Assembly: GCA_000826855.1 (NCBI GenBank)
Contig: JTLS01000005.1
Span: forward strand, 1 to 61,495
DNA length: 61,495 nt
Direction: 5' to 3'
From: Basidioascus undulatus
Lineage: Eukaryota
The position numbers were made by a program, and so were the translations under genes. Positions within the stretch are counted from its first letter, which is position 1, and every line of letters begins with the position of its first letter. This document shows, one piece after another, positions 13,011 through 25,624 of the stretch. The notes beneath the pieces are model-generated. The model did no database searches, was not told the DNA's origin, and saw only the letters and a program-made list of their open reading frames with translations.

Positions 13011-15439
13011 CGGAAAGGCCCACAGCCAGGAAACAGAGGCTGCCTGTCGAACAACGTTGAGCCCCCCGGGGCCAGGGCAGCAATCTCGACAAATTTGTGG
13101 GGCCAAGCGCGGAGACTCGAGACAGTCCAGAAGCCCCATGTGATGTGAAATCGGTCACATGGGCTTTCTCGAGCAAAGAGATCGCATGCAAAGACCGCAA
13201 AAGCACGTCGAAAGCTGGCCGGCCTGGGCAGCCGGCGATCCCTCGCGTGGCTGCAGGTTGGCTTTCGTTGCAACGCCGCGCCGGCCAAACCTCGGAGTGC
13301 CGGGCACTGGCGATGGAATGTACTTTATTCAAGAATTATTGTCAGAGCTCGTCTTTCTGAGGTAGGGTGAGCTGAATGCTTCACGAAAAGTTTTAAGAAG
13401 AGCTCTCTGCAAGCCAGCCGACGAGAAACGAGTCTTTCAGAAAGCAAAGTCTGCAGGGCTGCATTTCATGCAGAGAAGCTGCGGGGACACGAGTGTTAGC
13501 CGATCCCCAGCGTGGACCCCCAGGAACGCCGATGAGGGGCAAGGTACGTGGCCAGCCACAGTGTGGGGTCTCCGGCGGCTCAGCTTGCGCTTCCGGCTTC
13601 CTGCCAACGGAGTCAACGCCTCCTCGCAGCTTCTTGCTTCCTCGCGATTGAACGAAATCTCTCCGCTGGTCGCCTCCGCGCGGAGCAACACACTGACTGT
13701 TTGGAAAGTCCCGCGGAGACCCCGTCCTCTACGCCACACCTGTCCACAACCCGCAACAGGGTCACCACCAGCGGCAGCGGCTTTCAACGGCCGACTGCAC
13801 ACGGCATCCCTCACTGCCGGACAATGCCATTGAAAGCCGGGCCGGATCCTCCGTAAACAACTTATAAGGGGCAATAGGAACAGTGTTGTCAAAGGCTGCG
13901 ATTGAAAGAGGCCGGAGCGGCGCAGAAGCAGCACCTTCCAAGCGCGAAAGTAGTGCAGCGCTTTTCGGGCTCTCCAGCTCTCCAAAGTCCCTCCCTGGTC
14001 ATTGGTAGCTGCATTGCCCCTAAATCCTATACATGGTATGCTGACGTCTGGGTCTGGAAATCCAATGGAAAAGTATGGTCAATTCTCGCGCTCGTCCCTG
14101 CTAACAGGTTCCTCCGCGAGAGCGTCACTGCAACAGTGGGCGTTCACTGAGCGTTCACATGGGCGGCCGAATGCTTTGCCGGACGCTCAGCAAACAACAG
14201 TTCCCGTCCGTGCCCCTTTGTTGGTAAATATAGAGGCGACTCTGGGCACCGGTCGAAGTTGTGGTCTGCAGGGCGACATCAGGTTCTTGAAACGCCTGCC
14301 CACACTTTCAATGTCCATGGACTGGCCGTCCCGGTTGAGAAGAAGGAAATTCAGCGCGGTGAATTGCTTTGGGTGGTATTGGGCCTCTGTGTGCCACTGA
14401 CCAGAGGCAACATGAGTCACAATTGTTGACAAGAGTTCGATCTTGCGGTCATTTGTCTTTATGACATGCGACGTATCCTTGACAGGACCAATCATTGACT
14501 CAACCGATCAAAGAAACCGAAGATATCGCATCAGAGAAAGTCTACCCATGTCAGTCAGACCATCAACGCCGGTGCGTGTGATCGTTGCTGCGAGAACCTC
14601 AAAGAACCTCCCATGCAATTTGTCAGTGCAGATACGGTTCTGTTGGCCTGCTTCGTTTTCAAAACAACCTGTCAAGGTGAGCGCATCTGATTAATGTAGA
14701 GCATAGGAGAGATCATACAGAACTTGATCACCAATAATCTAGGCAGAGCGGGGACCTACGATATTACCGCAATAGATGGCAATGCTGCCCCGTCTGGTGG
14801 CAGCTCTTTTGAAAGTGAATATTCAACAAGTGGAAAACTTGAATGTCCGACACTGCCGAAGCAGAGCCCAGAATAATGCGATTGCCGACGAACAACGTCG
14901 AGGGAGGACAGGCTGCAGCATGCAGCCAGAGGAAGAAGGCGGCCACAATTTCGAGAAAGGGCATACAAAAACTGGTCAGACGGATAGTACTCTCTGCTAT
15001 TAGAAGCTGCTCAAGCTGGTATGCGCTGGCGACGAATAAACTTCCCTTCAAAAAGTGTCGAAGAATAATTTCAAGCCCGCCCTAGCTCTGTAAAGATGCA
15101 AAGGTTAAACGCGTCTCCTTCTAGCGCATATTCACCGTGGACGCGTTATGTAAGAACCGACGGCGTTCTCATATGTTCGCTGTGACCAAGCAACTCAGTG
15201 AATTCTTTTGTCTGTGCATGCCTTCGTGGCTGGGCCGCGGTGAAGGCTCACAGAAGCAAGAAGGACACGACAGAGTAAATCGCGTCGGGCAACGAGAGCC
15301 AGTAAATGCATGGCTCTCCCAGAGTGCAGTACTCTCAGCAAAACCGTACGGCATCGTGCGCACGCGATGGGGATTGAGGTTCGCAGGCGGAAGGAGCGGA
15401 TCTCACTTGACCATCATTCCGTCAAACTCAACTGTCCTT

Positions 15440-16677
15440 CCTTCGCTCCCAACCAACTCTCAGGCTTGCCTACTCAACCTCTCAACCTCCCAAACGCTTC
15501 CGACGGTCATCAGGCTGTGATCTTTGAGCTCGCCACCATAGGCACGGACGTGGAGGTCGCCACCACGCGGACGTCGCTCACTTTGGTCTGTCGGGCCCTT
15601 GCGGTGAGCCCTTGATTAAGCATGAGGATCTAAGTCCTCGAACTGATAGAATTTGTGTACAGCGTCTCGGGAGGGAAGCTTTCCTCAGGGTCGTCGGTCT
15701 CAACAACCTCCTCGCCGTCGACCGCTTTTACGGCGCCCTGCTCACCGCTCGCCGTCTCGGGCTTGCAGGAAGCCAGCACGTCCGTACTCTGTCAGTAGCT
15801 TTTCCTGCGGGCGCAGTTTACGCAAACTGCGTTGCAGCAGGCCAAGTTCTGCTTGCTACATTGCTGTTCACGCCCAAGCTCGCCCGCTTCTCGTTTGCTG
15901 GATCGCCCTCGTCTGGGCGTACTTGCCTCCAAGGAGCCCGCACACTTCACGTCCTATCGGCCAGCTGCCCGGAACTACAGGACTCTATATCGACGTCGAC
16001 CTTTGAGGTCGGGGTGCCTCGCGTGGTCTACCGTGCCTGAATGCTTTACTTGACGTCCATTCGCTTTCCTTGACTGCAGCGACACTGCCCGTCGAGTACG
16101 CCTCGAGCCTACCTTGCCTTCATCTCCCCCTCCTTCGACGGCTTTGTTTGGATCCCTGCTTCACTTCCCCGACGGCCGAGCATTGGTTTACGGCAAGCGA
16201 GTTGCCCCGCCTTCAGACTCTGGCCTTCGAAGTTCATGGGAACTCCCTCAGTCCAGCGCTCAATGAATTTCTTAAGCGTCATAAATATGTCCTCGTGAAG
16301 CTCCGCATAGGCGCGAAGAGTAATGAGCAGGAAGCCGTTGTCCTTGAAGCCCTTCAAATCTGCAACTCGCTCGGTGACCTCGAGCTCTACGGGTCGTATC
16401 TTACTGGAGCGCCTGCTGGAGCCCTTCCGTGGTCTCTGTTGTCTCTAAACCTTCGCGCGTTTTAACCGTGGCGGCAGTAGTCCTGCTCACGGTGGCAACC
16501 AGCGCAGCTCCGCCTCCAACTTCTTACGAGCTCTGCCTTTCGCACCCGCCTCGGTTGAGAACTGTCGAATTAAGCTGCTTGAAGGGCAAGGTCTCCTGGA
16601 CTTCGAAAAGTCAAACTGATCACTTAATGAAAGGGTGGGCAATACAGCACAGCATCATTGGTGGAACAAGGCATTGA
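15440..16677 (+). pseudogene. Decayed F-box/LRR(RNI)-like gene
   Basis: TLPTVIRL/IFELA..SLTLVCRAL (F-box-like), then LRR-like segments (CPELQ, LPLLRRLCL, LPRLQTLAF, LGDLELYG, PPRLRTVEL) split across frames near 15518, 15983-16040 and 16463, with no intron signals at the breaks. Confidence 0.55.
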
Positions 16678-17120
16678 TGTCTGCTACCGGGATGGATACA
16701 TCCTTTACGTTTCCGTCGAGCGCTCCGCCACCTTCTCCTGAGCGGGCCAGGACATTCTGTGAGCATGTAGTCTAAAATGTGCATATTACAGTCAAAGGGG
16801 CGGGAATGCGAGAGTGCGTATACGGTGTTGACCAAACAGCCCTTTCATTGTACGCCTTGGTATGGCAGGCAAGCCGGCCGACTCAAAGTCGATCGAGGGA
16901 AGCTATCGTGTCGGGGGTTGCAAACCATTTAATGAGACAACAGACCCCAGGCTTGCCGCTGCGTTACGAGTACAATCGCGAGTTGTATCTTTCGCGGATC
17001 GTCTCCCAAAGGACTGCACAGGCGCATCCGAAGCTCGTCGTCAGAGGTATGTTGTTAAGCATGAAAAGTCCAAAACAAGCCGCCCCCATACATCAAAACC
17101 CGTCTCCCCTGACTCCTCCC

Positions 17121-19644
17121 TCAGTGGAATGTCGGCATGTTCACGCTGGCACGGGTGGCGATCGCGTCCTCGGCCTTCCAGAGCGCAGTCGTGGTCTGAG
17201 CGGTAAGACAACTGCGCATCAGCCACATTCAATCGGCACAACCCGGAATGAATTCACCACGGACCTTGTTCTGAGTGTAGAAGTTGAGACCGTGGCTGCC
17301 GTAGAACGGCACAGAGCCGAGGAAGGAGCCCTTGTTCCCAGACCACGAGAACATGGGGAGAGGGACGGGGCTGCGGAGGATAGAAACTGTCAGTGAAAAA
17401 ACATGGGATGAAAAGCGATACGTACACAGGCACGTTGATTCCGATCTGGCCGACCTCGACGTCCTTCTCGAACCGGCGGGCAGTCGCGCCGGACTGCGTG
17501 AAGATGGCAGTGCCGTTGCCGTACCTGGGGGAGACACATCAGCATCAGCACACGCGGAGTCTCAAGTAGCGGAAGCGAAGCCAACACGCACTTGCTAGCG
17601 TTGATAATGTCGAGGGCCTCATCCAGCGTGTCCGCCTTCAAGCAGACCAAAGCCGGACCGAAGATCTCCTCCCTATCCACCATGCATTCGCATACGTCAG
17701 CTAATCCTTTTCGCATCAACACGATCACGTATACGCACTTGTAAGCAGTCAGGGACGTGTTAGGGGCCTCGATAACAGTCGGGCCGACGAAGTTGCCATG
17801 CGGGTAGTCGGGCACGCTATAGCCGCGGCCGTCAAGGAGGAGCTTGCCGCCCTCGCTCTCGACTGTGCCGATGATGCGCTCGATGCGCTCCTTCGCGACA
17901 GGGGAGATAACAGGACCGCTGTGTCCAGAGCATCAGCAACAAGCTGAAGAAAAATGTCGAATGAGACATACAGGTCAGTGCCGTCCTCGATGCCCGCATT
18001 GACCTTGAGCTTCTTCGCGCGCTCGACAAGCTCCGGAATCCAAGCTTGAGACTCGCCAACAAAGACGGCTGAAATAAGTCGGTATTCCTCAGTCAGTGTT
18101 CTGATACCGGCATGTGGATAACCGAACGAGCAGCTCACCAACAGAAAGAGCCATGCAACGCTGGCCCGCGGCTCCGAACGCAGCGCCGACGATCGAGTTG
18201 AGCGCAAGGTTCTTGTTGGCTGTGACAGACACGCACAATCATCAGTTCTGTCTTCCTGTCATAGTTCTCAACGCGGAATGGACGGTTGAGCGCACCATCA
18301 GGCATGATAGCAGCGTGGTTCTTCGCGCCCAGGTTCGCCTGCACGCGCTTGCCGTTGAGCGTGCCGCGGTCGTGGATGTGCTTGCCCGCACGATCACCGC
18401 CAACAAAACTGATCGCCTTGATGGCGGGGTGGTCGCAGATGGCGTTGACTGTTGGGACCGTGCCGTGCACAATGTTGACAACACCTTCCGGCATGCCTGA
18501 AGAGTGTGCGACGCCGATCAGTTTCAGAAGGTGAAAAAATGTTGATATGACAGTGAGAGCTGGAGACGCACCGGCACGCTCGCAAAGCTCAGCGATGATC
18601 ATCGCTGCGCCCGGGTCGCGCTCGGACGGCTTGAGGATGAGCGTGTTGCCAGTGACGGTAGCGAGAGGACTTCGTTTCAGAAGGTCAGATGTCAGAAGCC
18701 GCAGCGGACACAACATGGCCTGTCGGACTTACATAGTCCAGAGGGGAATCATCGCGGGGAAGTTGAAAGGTGCGATGGATGCGGTGACGCCCAGTGGCAA
18801 CCGACGGGTCTCGGTGTCCATGTCCTTAGAAACCTATTCCAAACATATCCATAGGACTGTCAGCCAATATTCTCAACAGGCAGCCCTTCTCGGAGCGATA
18901 AACGGAACGAACCTCCAGCTTCTCGCCCTTCAGGTTGCTCGTGATTGCGCACGCAGTCTCAACGATCTGCAGCCCGCGAAGGACATCACCGTGCGCATCG
19001 GGGACGGTCTTGCCCTGCTCGAGCGTAATGCTCAACGCCAGCGCGTCGCCGTGCTCGCGGAGCAGAGCTTGCAGGCTGCGGGTGTGACGGGATGTTCGGT
19101 CAGTGTCAGCTGCAAGGGAGAATGTCAAGGGGGACAGACTTCATGGCTACACGTTGACGAGTGAGGCTGGAACAATCGGACATTTTAGTTTTTCTGCGAT
19201 GGCTGTTTCGCGAGATTGGTGGCAAAGACGTACATGGACGTATCACGCCAGGACTTGAAAGCATGGCTGGCTGCGTCCACAGCCTGCTCAAACTCCGCGC
19301 TGGTCGTTTCGGGCACCCTCGAGAGCACCGTTTGAGTAGCCTGTGCACCCAAGAGCCTTATCATATGAGCCAATCTTGCTCCCTTCCGCTCATCACAAGG
19401 GCCGAGCGTCTCCATGGCAGCAAGCACTCACCGGGTCGTGCACATCAATCCACCTGTCCGCCTTGCTCTCCACGAACTGTCCCCCAATGTAGTTCTTCAC
19501 CTTGCCTCCCGTTGCGCTCGTCCCCTTCCAGTCACGCGAGAGCTTCTCAGCGGCGGCGAGGGCTTTGGGGGAGAGGCGAGAGGAGGCGGAGGCGCTGGAG
19601 GCTGCGGCGGCGGCAGTTGCGTACGAACGGAGATTACGCAGCAT
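17121..19644 (-). CDS. Methylmalonate-semialdehyde dehydrogenase (ALDH6), mitochondrial
   Basis: Arg/Ser/Ala-rich presequence; [48 protein letters not shown] (catalytic Cys), [24 protein letters not shown]. Confidence 0.95.
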
Positions 19645-20799
19645 GATGGGGATGGCCGATGGTGTTGGGGGAATTCAGAGGGTGTTCTTAGCGTCCAGAG
19701 ATGCGAATCTCCTTGACGAAGGTGGGTTCAAGAGGAGAAGAGCACGCCGGTGCGGGAGATATGGGCAGCCAGCTGATCGACTCCGGACCGGAAGTAGCGG
19801 GCCCGCTTTAGCCGAGGCGAGCCGAGCTGGAATGACGCTTCTGCCTCGGGTAGGATTGTCAAGCAACGATATTGCAAGCGCAAGGGACAATGCGGCAACA
19901 GCCTGAATATTACAGGCAAAGAAAGTCTAGGGTTAAGAAAATACAGGTAAGTTCAACTGGTTGGGCGGCGGCGTGGCAATCAGAATGCGGAGGGCCAGCG
20001 GTAAGTGATCACTAAGCGCGCAAGGGACTCGAAGCGCCGAGGACACCAGCTCACCTTTGTAGCCACCCGCCATATCGCGGCCTGTATTAAACTGCGCGGT
20101 TCAGGGGGCAACATTGGTGTGGATCCAAGGGGGAAGAAGATGCACGAGAAGGCAGCGAGCGAGCCTTGAAACTCAATCGCAGACTGTCGATCAATTCCTG
20201 CCACGTAGGCTGCAGGCCCACCCACTGTCAGGCATTCTGTGCTACCTTAACGGTTGGACTCCAGGTGGATGTTCCTTCGAGGAACCTCTCTTTGGTGTTA
20301 TAGATTCCTCTTTCAATGATGCCAATGAAAGCTCCAACGACAGGTTTGTTCGACTAAGTCCCAAAGGAATTGAAAGGAACAAGCACGTGTCCCGCTTTCT
20401 TGTCCACATCCGGCCAGCAAGCCACCTCGCTCTGTACAATCAGCAAGTCATGCAACACAAATGACAATTCGCCTATTCAAACTACCACATCAGGCTGTAT
20501 AGGGCAACGTAGTTTGACACCAACGACTGCGTTTCTAGTGCACCAGACAACTCCCGCACATTCAGCCCGCCCTGACCGGGTGTCTCGTTAGCCATGTCTT
20601 GTCGCAGCCCGCTGCGGAGGCTTGCACAATGACGGCACTAGGTCTGCACAGGAATCGTCAGGAAGCTTGTGTTCAAGAAGCATCCAAGGATCGTTACTGA
20701 TCCCCACCTTCCTTCAAGTATCCGCCGCACCCGCACTCAGCCAATACCCCGCACTGCGCTGCACGACCAAATAGTCTTCGACAAGTCCCTGAACATACG

Positions 20800-21648
20800 A
20801 TGGGAAACGAAACAGCTACACGTCCGCCTCGGCGATCGTTCTCGCAGCCTCACACCAGCCGCAGTCAAGCATCGATACGGCCGTTGCACAGCCGCACCCC
20901 GTCGTCCTCCACGAACTCTTCGCTCTGCTTCATGCTCTCGTCCACAGCCACCTCTCCGACCTCCAACGGCTCCTACCCCCTCCCCATTCCCCCTCCGGGC
21001 GCAACTCCAGGAGTCTACAACTCCAGCGGGCCCCCAAAGTCCTTTCTCGAAGGGCAGCTGCTCCACACGCGTCTTCAGACGTCCGCGCTCGAGCGAGCCG
21101 CCGCGGCGCTGCAGCTGCAGCTGGCGGCGTACCAGCGGTATTCGCGGACGCTCGCGCAGGCGCAGTCGCTGCACGGCCGCAAGTCGGCGCTGTGCGATAA
21201 GGCGCAGGAGCTGCTCTTGAGGGCCGAGCGTGAGAGCGGTGCGGAGGGCGCGCGCGTAGAGGAATGGCTCAAGCGCGCGAGAGGTTACAGGGAGGAGGCG
21301 CGCGCGGTGGAGGGGCAAGAACGCGAGGTCGTGGATGAGTGCGAGGGGTGGAGGAGGGAGTGCGAGCGGTGCGCGAGTCGGGTTCGGGAGGCCCGCTGCG
21401 TCGCCGAGGAGCACGGGAGGGAGGCGGTCAGGCTCCTTTGGCTCGGTGGGATGCCTGGGTGGGGACATGGCGGGGTTCCGAATCGGTCGAGTGGAGGTGG
21501 GAGTGGGGGGCGCAGGGAAGCGCAGGAGCCGGGCGGCACACGCGATGGGGGCAAGCTGGGAGCGGTAAATGGCAAGGGCAAAGGGAAAGAGAAGGCGGAG
21601 ACGCCGCGGAGGAGATCGGTCATGTTCGAGGATGAAACGGACGAGTGA
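20800..21648 (+). CDS. Hypothetical coiled-coil protein
   Basis: 282-aa ORF with GC3-biased codons and a long E/R/A-rich helical segment. Start uncertain; family not recognised. Confidence 0.55.
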   Translation: MGNETATRPPRRSFSQPHTSRSQASIRPLHSRTPSSSTNSSLCFMLSSTATSPTSNGSYPLPIPPPGATPGVYNSSGPPKSFLEGQLLHTRLQTSALERAAAALQLQLAAYQRYSRTLAQAQSLHGRKSALCDKAQELLLRAERESGAEGARVEEWLKRARGYREEARAVEGQEREVVDECEGWRRECERCASRVREARCVAEEHGREAVRLLWLGGMPGWGHGGVPNRSSGGGSGGRREAQEPGGTRDGGKLGAVNGKGKGKEKAETPRRRSVMFEDETDE

Positions 21649-21808
21649 ACAGGCGATACACATGACGATTTGAATTTGTGTATGAATGAGTTTTTCATGA
21701 TTGAGGAAGGATGAGCAGTGGTCAGAAGGCCTGTTAGCCGAGCTCGATAAGCGTTGCCGTGAGCGTACAGAGCAGTACCGCCCTTAAAAGAAACCAGCAA
21801 ACAATCGA

Positions 21809-22931
21809 TCAGTCCTTGAGTCTCCCACCCGCCTCTCCACCTACCCTTCGCTCCACCTCTATCCACCTCTCCTCCCACTCCACATCCTTCCGCAGGAACC
21901 CGTACCACAGCCAAATGATCGGGATAGTCGCCGCATGCCACAGCGCATGCGCATCGATCATCCTCCGCCACGCCGGAAAGTCAAAGACCTCGAGCAGCAT
22001 GGCGGCGGTCGTGAGCACGACGATGGCAATGGGCTGTGCCGGCGCCGGATGCGGCGGAGGCTGAGCGGACGAGAGCGGCCAACGGCGCAGCGCGGCGTTT
22101 CGGCGGAGATGGTGTACGGCGTGGTAGATCCAGAGCGCGTTATGGATCATGCCGATGGCGATGTTAGCCGCCATGTTGTAGCCGTAGTCGAAGCGCCCTC
22201 GACTGAGGTATGTGACGTGCGCGACGAATGCGAGGGCGCACGCGAGGGCTAGCGGGGCGCGAGCGCGGGCCGGCGGGGCGAGGACGCGGATGACGACGAG
22301 ATAGAAGGAGTAGAGGACGGTCGCCCCGGCGGAGAAATAGTCGGCCTTCTCCGTCCAAGGCAGATCGCGAGTATGGAAGACGGAGGACCACAGCCACGCG
22401 TTCATGTTGACCCACGCCCAGAGCGCGCAGAGCTGCCGGAGCGGGGAAGCGGCGAGCACGGATCGCAGCGAGAGGAGCCCTCGACGATGTGCGAGGAGGT
22501 TCCCGAGTGAGAACAGGACCGAAAAGGGCTCCTGCATGCCGAGGAAGCGATAGAACGGCCACTTGCCGACTGCGGGAATCCCCTGCCTAGTCAGTCATAT
22601 CCCGAACTGCCTGGATAGCAATCGACTCACAAAACTGATGGACCACCCTGCCGCCATTCCACCTTCCTTCCCGAACGGCTAGCTCCGCGGCGTCCGTCAG
22701 GCGGTGCATGCACTCGTACTTGCAGTCCGCATCAGCACTCCATCGCGTCAGCCGGAGCGGCAGGCTCAGCGGCGACGCGCGGGCTGTGGACGTGCAGGCC
22801 TCAACGCATTGCTTGAATTTGGGGTGTTTATCGCCCGAAGATGCGGAAGCTGCTGTTATAAGAAGCAGAGAGATGAACAGGAGCGCGAATGGCCTCGACC
22901 GCAGGCGTGAAGGTGAGCGAGAGATCGTCAT
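21809..22931 (-). CDS. PER1: Per1/PGAP3 GPI lipid-remodelling protein
   Basis: Signal peptide + ASSGD..C..C; CKYECMH; HQFFGKWPFYRFLGMQEPFSVLFS; WSSVFHTRD; EKADYFSA; LEVFDFP..IDAHALWHAAT. One intron. Confidence 0.94.
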
Positions 22932-23018
22932 GACGGCAGGAGATAAGAGGAGGGCCGTGCGCCGAATTTCAGAAGTTGCCCTTGACCATTGCCCTGGTTG
23001 GCCGCATCCATCACCGCT

Positions 23019-24041
23019 ATGTCCATGCTCGAATCTTTTGGTTACGCTCGTAGCATCCTCGATCATCTCGAAATCATTGACAACCTTCGACTCGAGCTCG
23101 CTCACGCGCCGGACACTGGCGCGGAAGCGGACCGCCTCAGCAGGCTCATCACGGATGAGGAGATCGAGGTGGAGAGGCTGAAGGGGGAGCTATTGGGAGC
23201 ATTGAAGGCGGCGGACCCTGTTGAGGCGGAGAGGGAGGAAGCATTGACGGAGGGTTCGAAGGAGAAAGGGGATGATGGCCAATTGGAAGAGGTGCGTCCC
23301 GTTCATGCTTCCTTGGTCGGATCCAAGGCAAGCGCTCAACCTGACTATGGCCGCCAGTAGGCGTTTACTGCGTTACGTGGTGGATCGTTTCCCGCCCCCT
23401 CCTCACCCGAACTCCTCCCTCCGCGTCAGGAGGTCGTTCCGCAAGCTCAGGAGCAGTCGACTTCCGACGCTGTGAGTCCTCACGACCCCTCACCTTACTT
23501 CCAGTTCTCGCTCATATCTTTTCTGAAGGTGTCTGTTGAACGCCCGAGTAGAACCTCGAATGACGCCTCTGGTCAGCTTGCTCCGTCCTGCGCGCCTGCG
23601 CTGGAAGGCACGGACACGTCCTCCGCATCTGCCGTCAGTTTCTCTCTGCCCTGGACTCTACGTCGGTGTTTCTGATGAGGCCTCAATCACACATCAGTAT
23701 GCTCGAGAAACTGCCTCAGACGAGTCATCCTCCACGCGCGATGTCCCGCTGCTCGTACGTCCGTCTTGCAGCCTGCCTCCAGAATCCCCGCTCACTGACC
23801 ATTCCGTTCCACAGCCGTGCTCGCCCTTAAACCGATTCACCTCGTCCACCAAGCTCTCCCTGCCCACGCCAGAGCCTTCACCGCCCCCCCAGTACCTCGA
23901 GCGAATCGGGCATCCCGTTCGTTACTATCGTTTCCTTACGCCTCAGCGTATGGAGCTAACGGCCCGGCTTTCCTCCAATCTAGCCTTCTATTTCCGGCAT
24001 TCGCGAGACGCGCAATTCTTCGCCTAGTCGGGGACTCGTAA
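23019..24041 (+). CDS. Hypothetical multi-exon gene, possibly CENP-K/Sim4-like; reading frame not fully resolved
   Basis: Coiled-coil first exon ending at a GTGCGT donor, then LLRYVVDRFPPP and C-terminal RHSRDA/LRLV segments. Joining these requires frame changes I could not explain by splicing. Confidence 0.3.
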
Positions 24042-24499
24042 ACCGCGCTCGCTCACCTGTAAGCAACCGAGCTACTGGTCCCGTCGGGCGCTTCAACTAA
24101 GAGCGGACGTTCCTATCACCAGTCTCTGACCCCCACGCCTGCGGCAACGGAAGATGCTACACAGCAGATACGCAGTGTCAGTTGCACCGAGTCTGTACGC
24201 CTAAATTTGAAGCTAGGAGTGCACGGAATGCTTGGAGACTCACAGTCGTATGACCAGCAGTCTTCTCAATCGTCCGCCACTTTGAAACGCAGACGATGCT
24301 CATCTGTGCAGTCCTTGAAGGTCTGTTGTCTGTTCTAATTCTCCTTCTATGCTCTCTCCCGTGCTGACCTGCTTATCCGACGTAGGATGAGTCCGAGCCG
24401 GAGAGCAAACGCCCACGTAGCGAGGCAACGAAGGCGGTTGACCGACGAGTCTCGTGGGTGCGTCGACAATCCTTGCACCGACTACTTCTCGAACCGAAG

Positions 24500-25272
24500 T
24501 ACTCACGACTTGACTCCAGGACTATGCGGCTGCTCAGCGCAAGCTATCCGCATCCATCTCGTCCGCCTCCCTGACCCACTCATCCTACTTCTCGTCCCTC
24601 GGCCCCTCATCCTCATTCACATCCGTCGCATCCTCCACCGTGCGTACTCTCACAATTCGACCTCTCTCGCCTCCCAAGGTGCTGATTCCCACCCCACAGG
24701 CCTCCGACATCTCCTCCGTCCTCTCCGCGCAAACCGTCCTCTCCTCGCGGGTCGACTTCCTCTTCGGGCAGAGCGTAACCTCCTCGTCCGGCCTGCGTCG
24801 CATCGACCCGACCTACCTGCGGTTCTCCATCTCCGAGTCCCATTCCCACCTGCTCCTGCCCACCCCGCCCAAATGCTGCTTCGTCATCGCCGCGCCGCGG
24901 CAGCCGCACCTCCCGCGCGGGCGCATCGCGCCGGGGCAGGACCTCGAGCTGCTTGTCGAGCCTGAGCTGGACCTCCCGTGGGGAGAGCCGATGCCTGTGT
25001 TTTTGCCTAGGCCGCAGAGCAGGTGGACTTACCTCGGGACGTATGGGTTTGAGAGGAAAGGGGACGTGCAGGAGGGGTGGTTCGAAGGTCTCGGACAGAG
25101 GGTGAGTCGTGCGGCTTGCTTGGGCTTGTAATGGCGGAGGAGCGCGCACGCTGACCCTGTTGGCGTCCCACAGTCGAAAGATGTCTGGAAGGGCAAGACG
25201 CCTTGCATGGCGCTCGCGAGACTTGTGGATTGGGACGATACGCTCTTGAAGATCTTGCAGGACAAGGCTTAG
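24500..25272 (+). CDS. Hypothetical protein with a DUF6697-like (WxYLGxY) domain; 5' exons unresolved
   Basis: QPHLP..PGQ..PVFL..RWTYLGTY, then a GTGAGT..CAG intron and a last exon SKDVWKGK..LVDWDDTLLKILQDKA*. Confidence 0.55.
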
Positions 25273-25624
25273 TTTCATGCATTGCCATTGCTGCCTTGTC
25301 CCGACTGCGTGACAGCAGTGCAGTGTCTACATGTGAACCTGCGACTTGAACATGCCATGCGGCACAGAACAGAGTTGCGGATGCTTTAAAGGTCCAGCGA
25401 AAGCAGCAACCAGACGGGAAACGTCCTGGCCCATGCGCATTAAGTACGGACGCTGCCCGACTGTCTGTCTTTTCGTGGCTCCCGGGCACCCCATCCATCT
25501 AGCTCGCACACATCCAGACAGGCGATTAGACGATGTGTAGATGCAATTGCGCAAGTGTACAACGGCCTGGGACCCAGAATAGCAGAGAAAGCGAGAGTGA
25601 AAGGTAACCAGGAAAGCGTCCACT

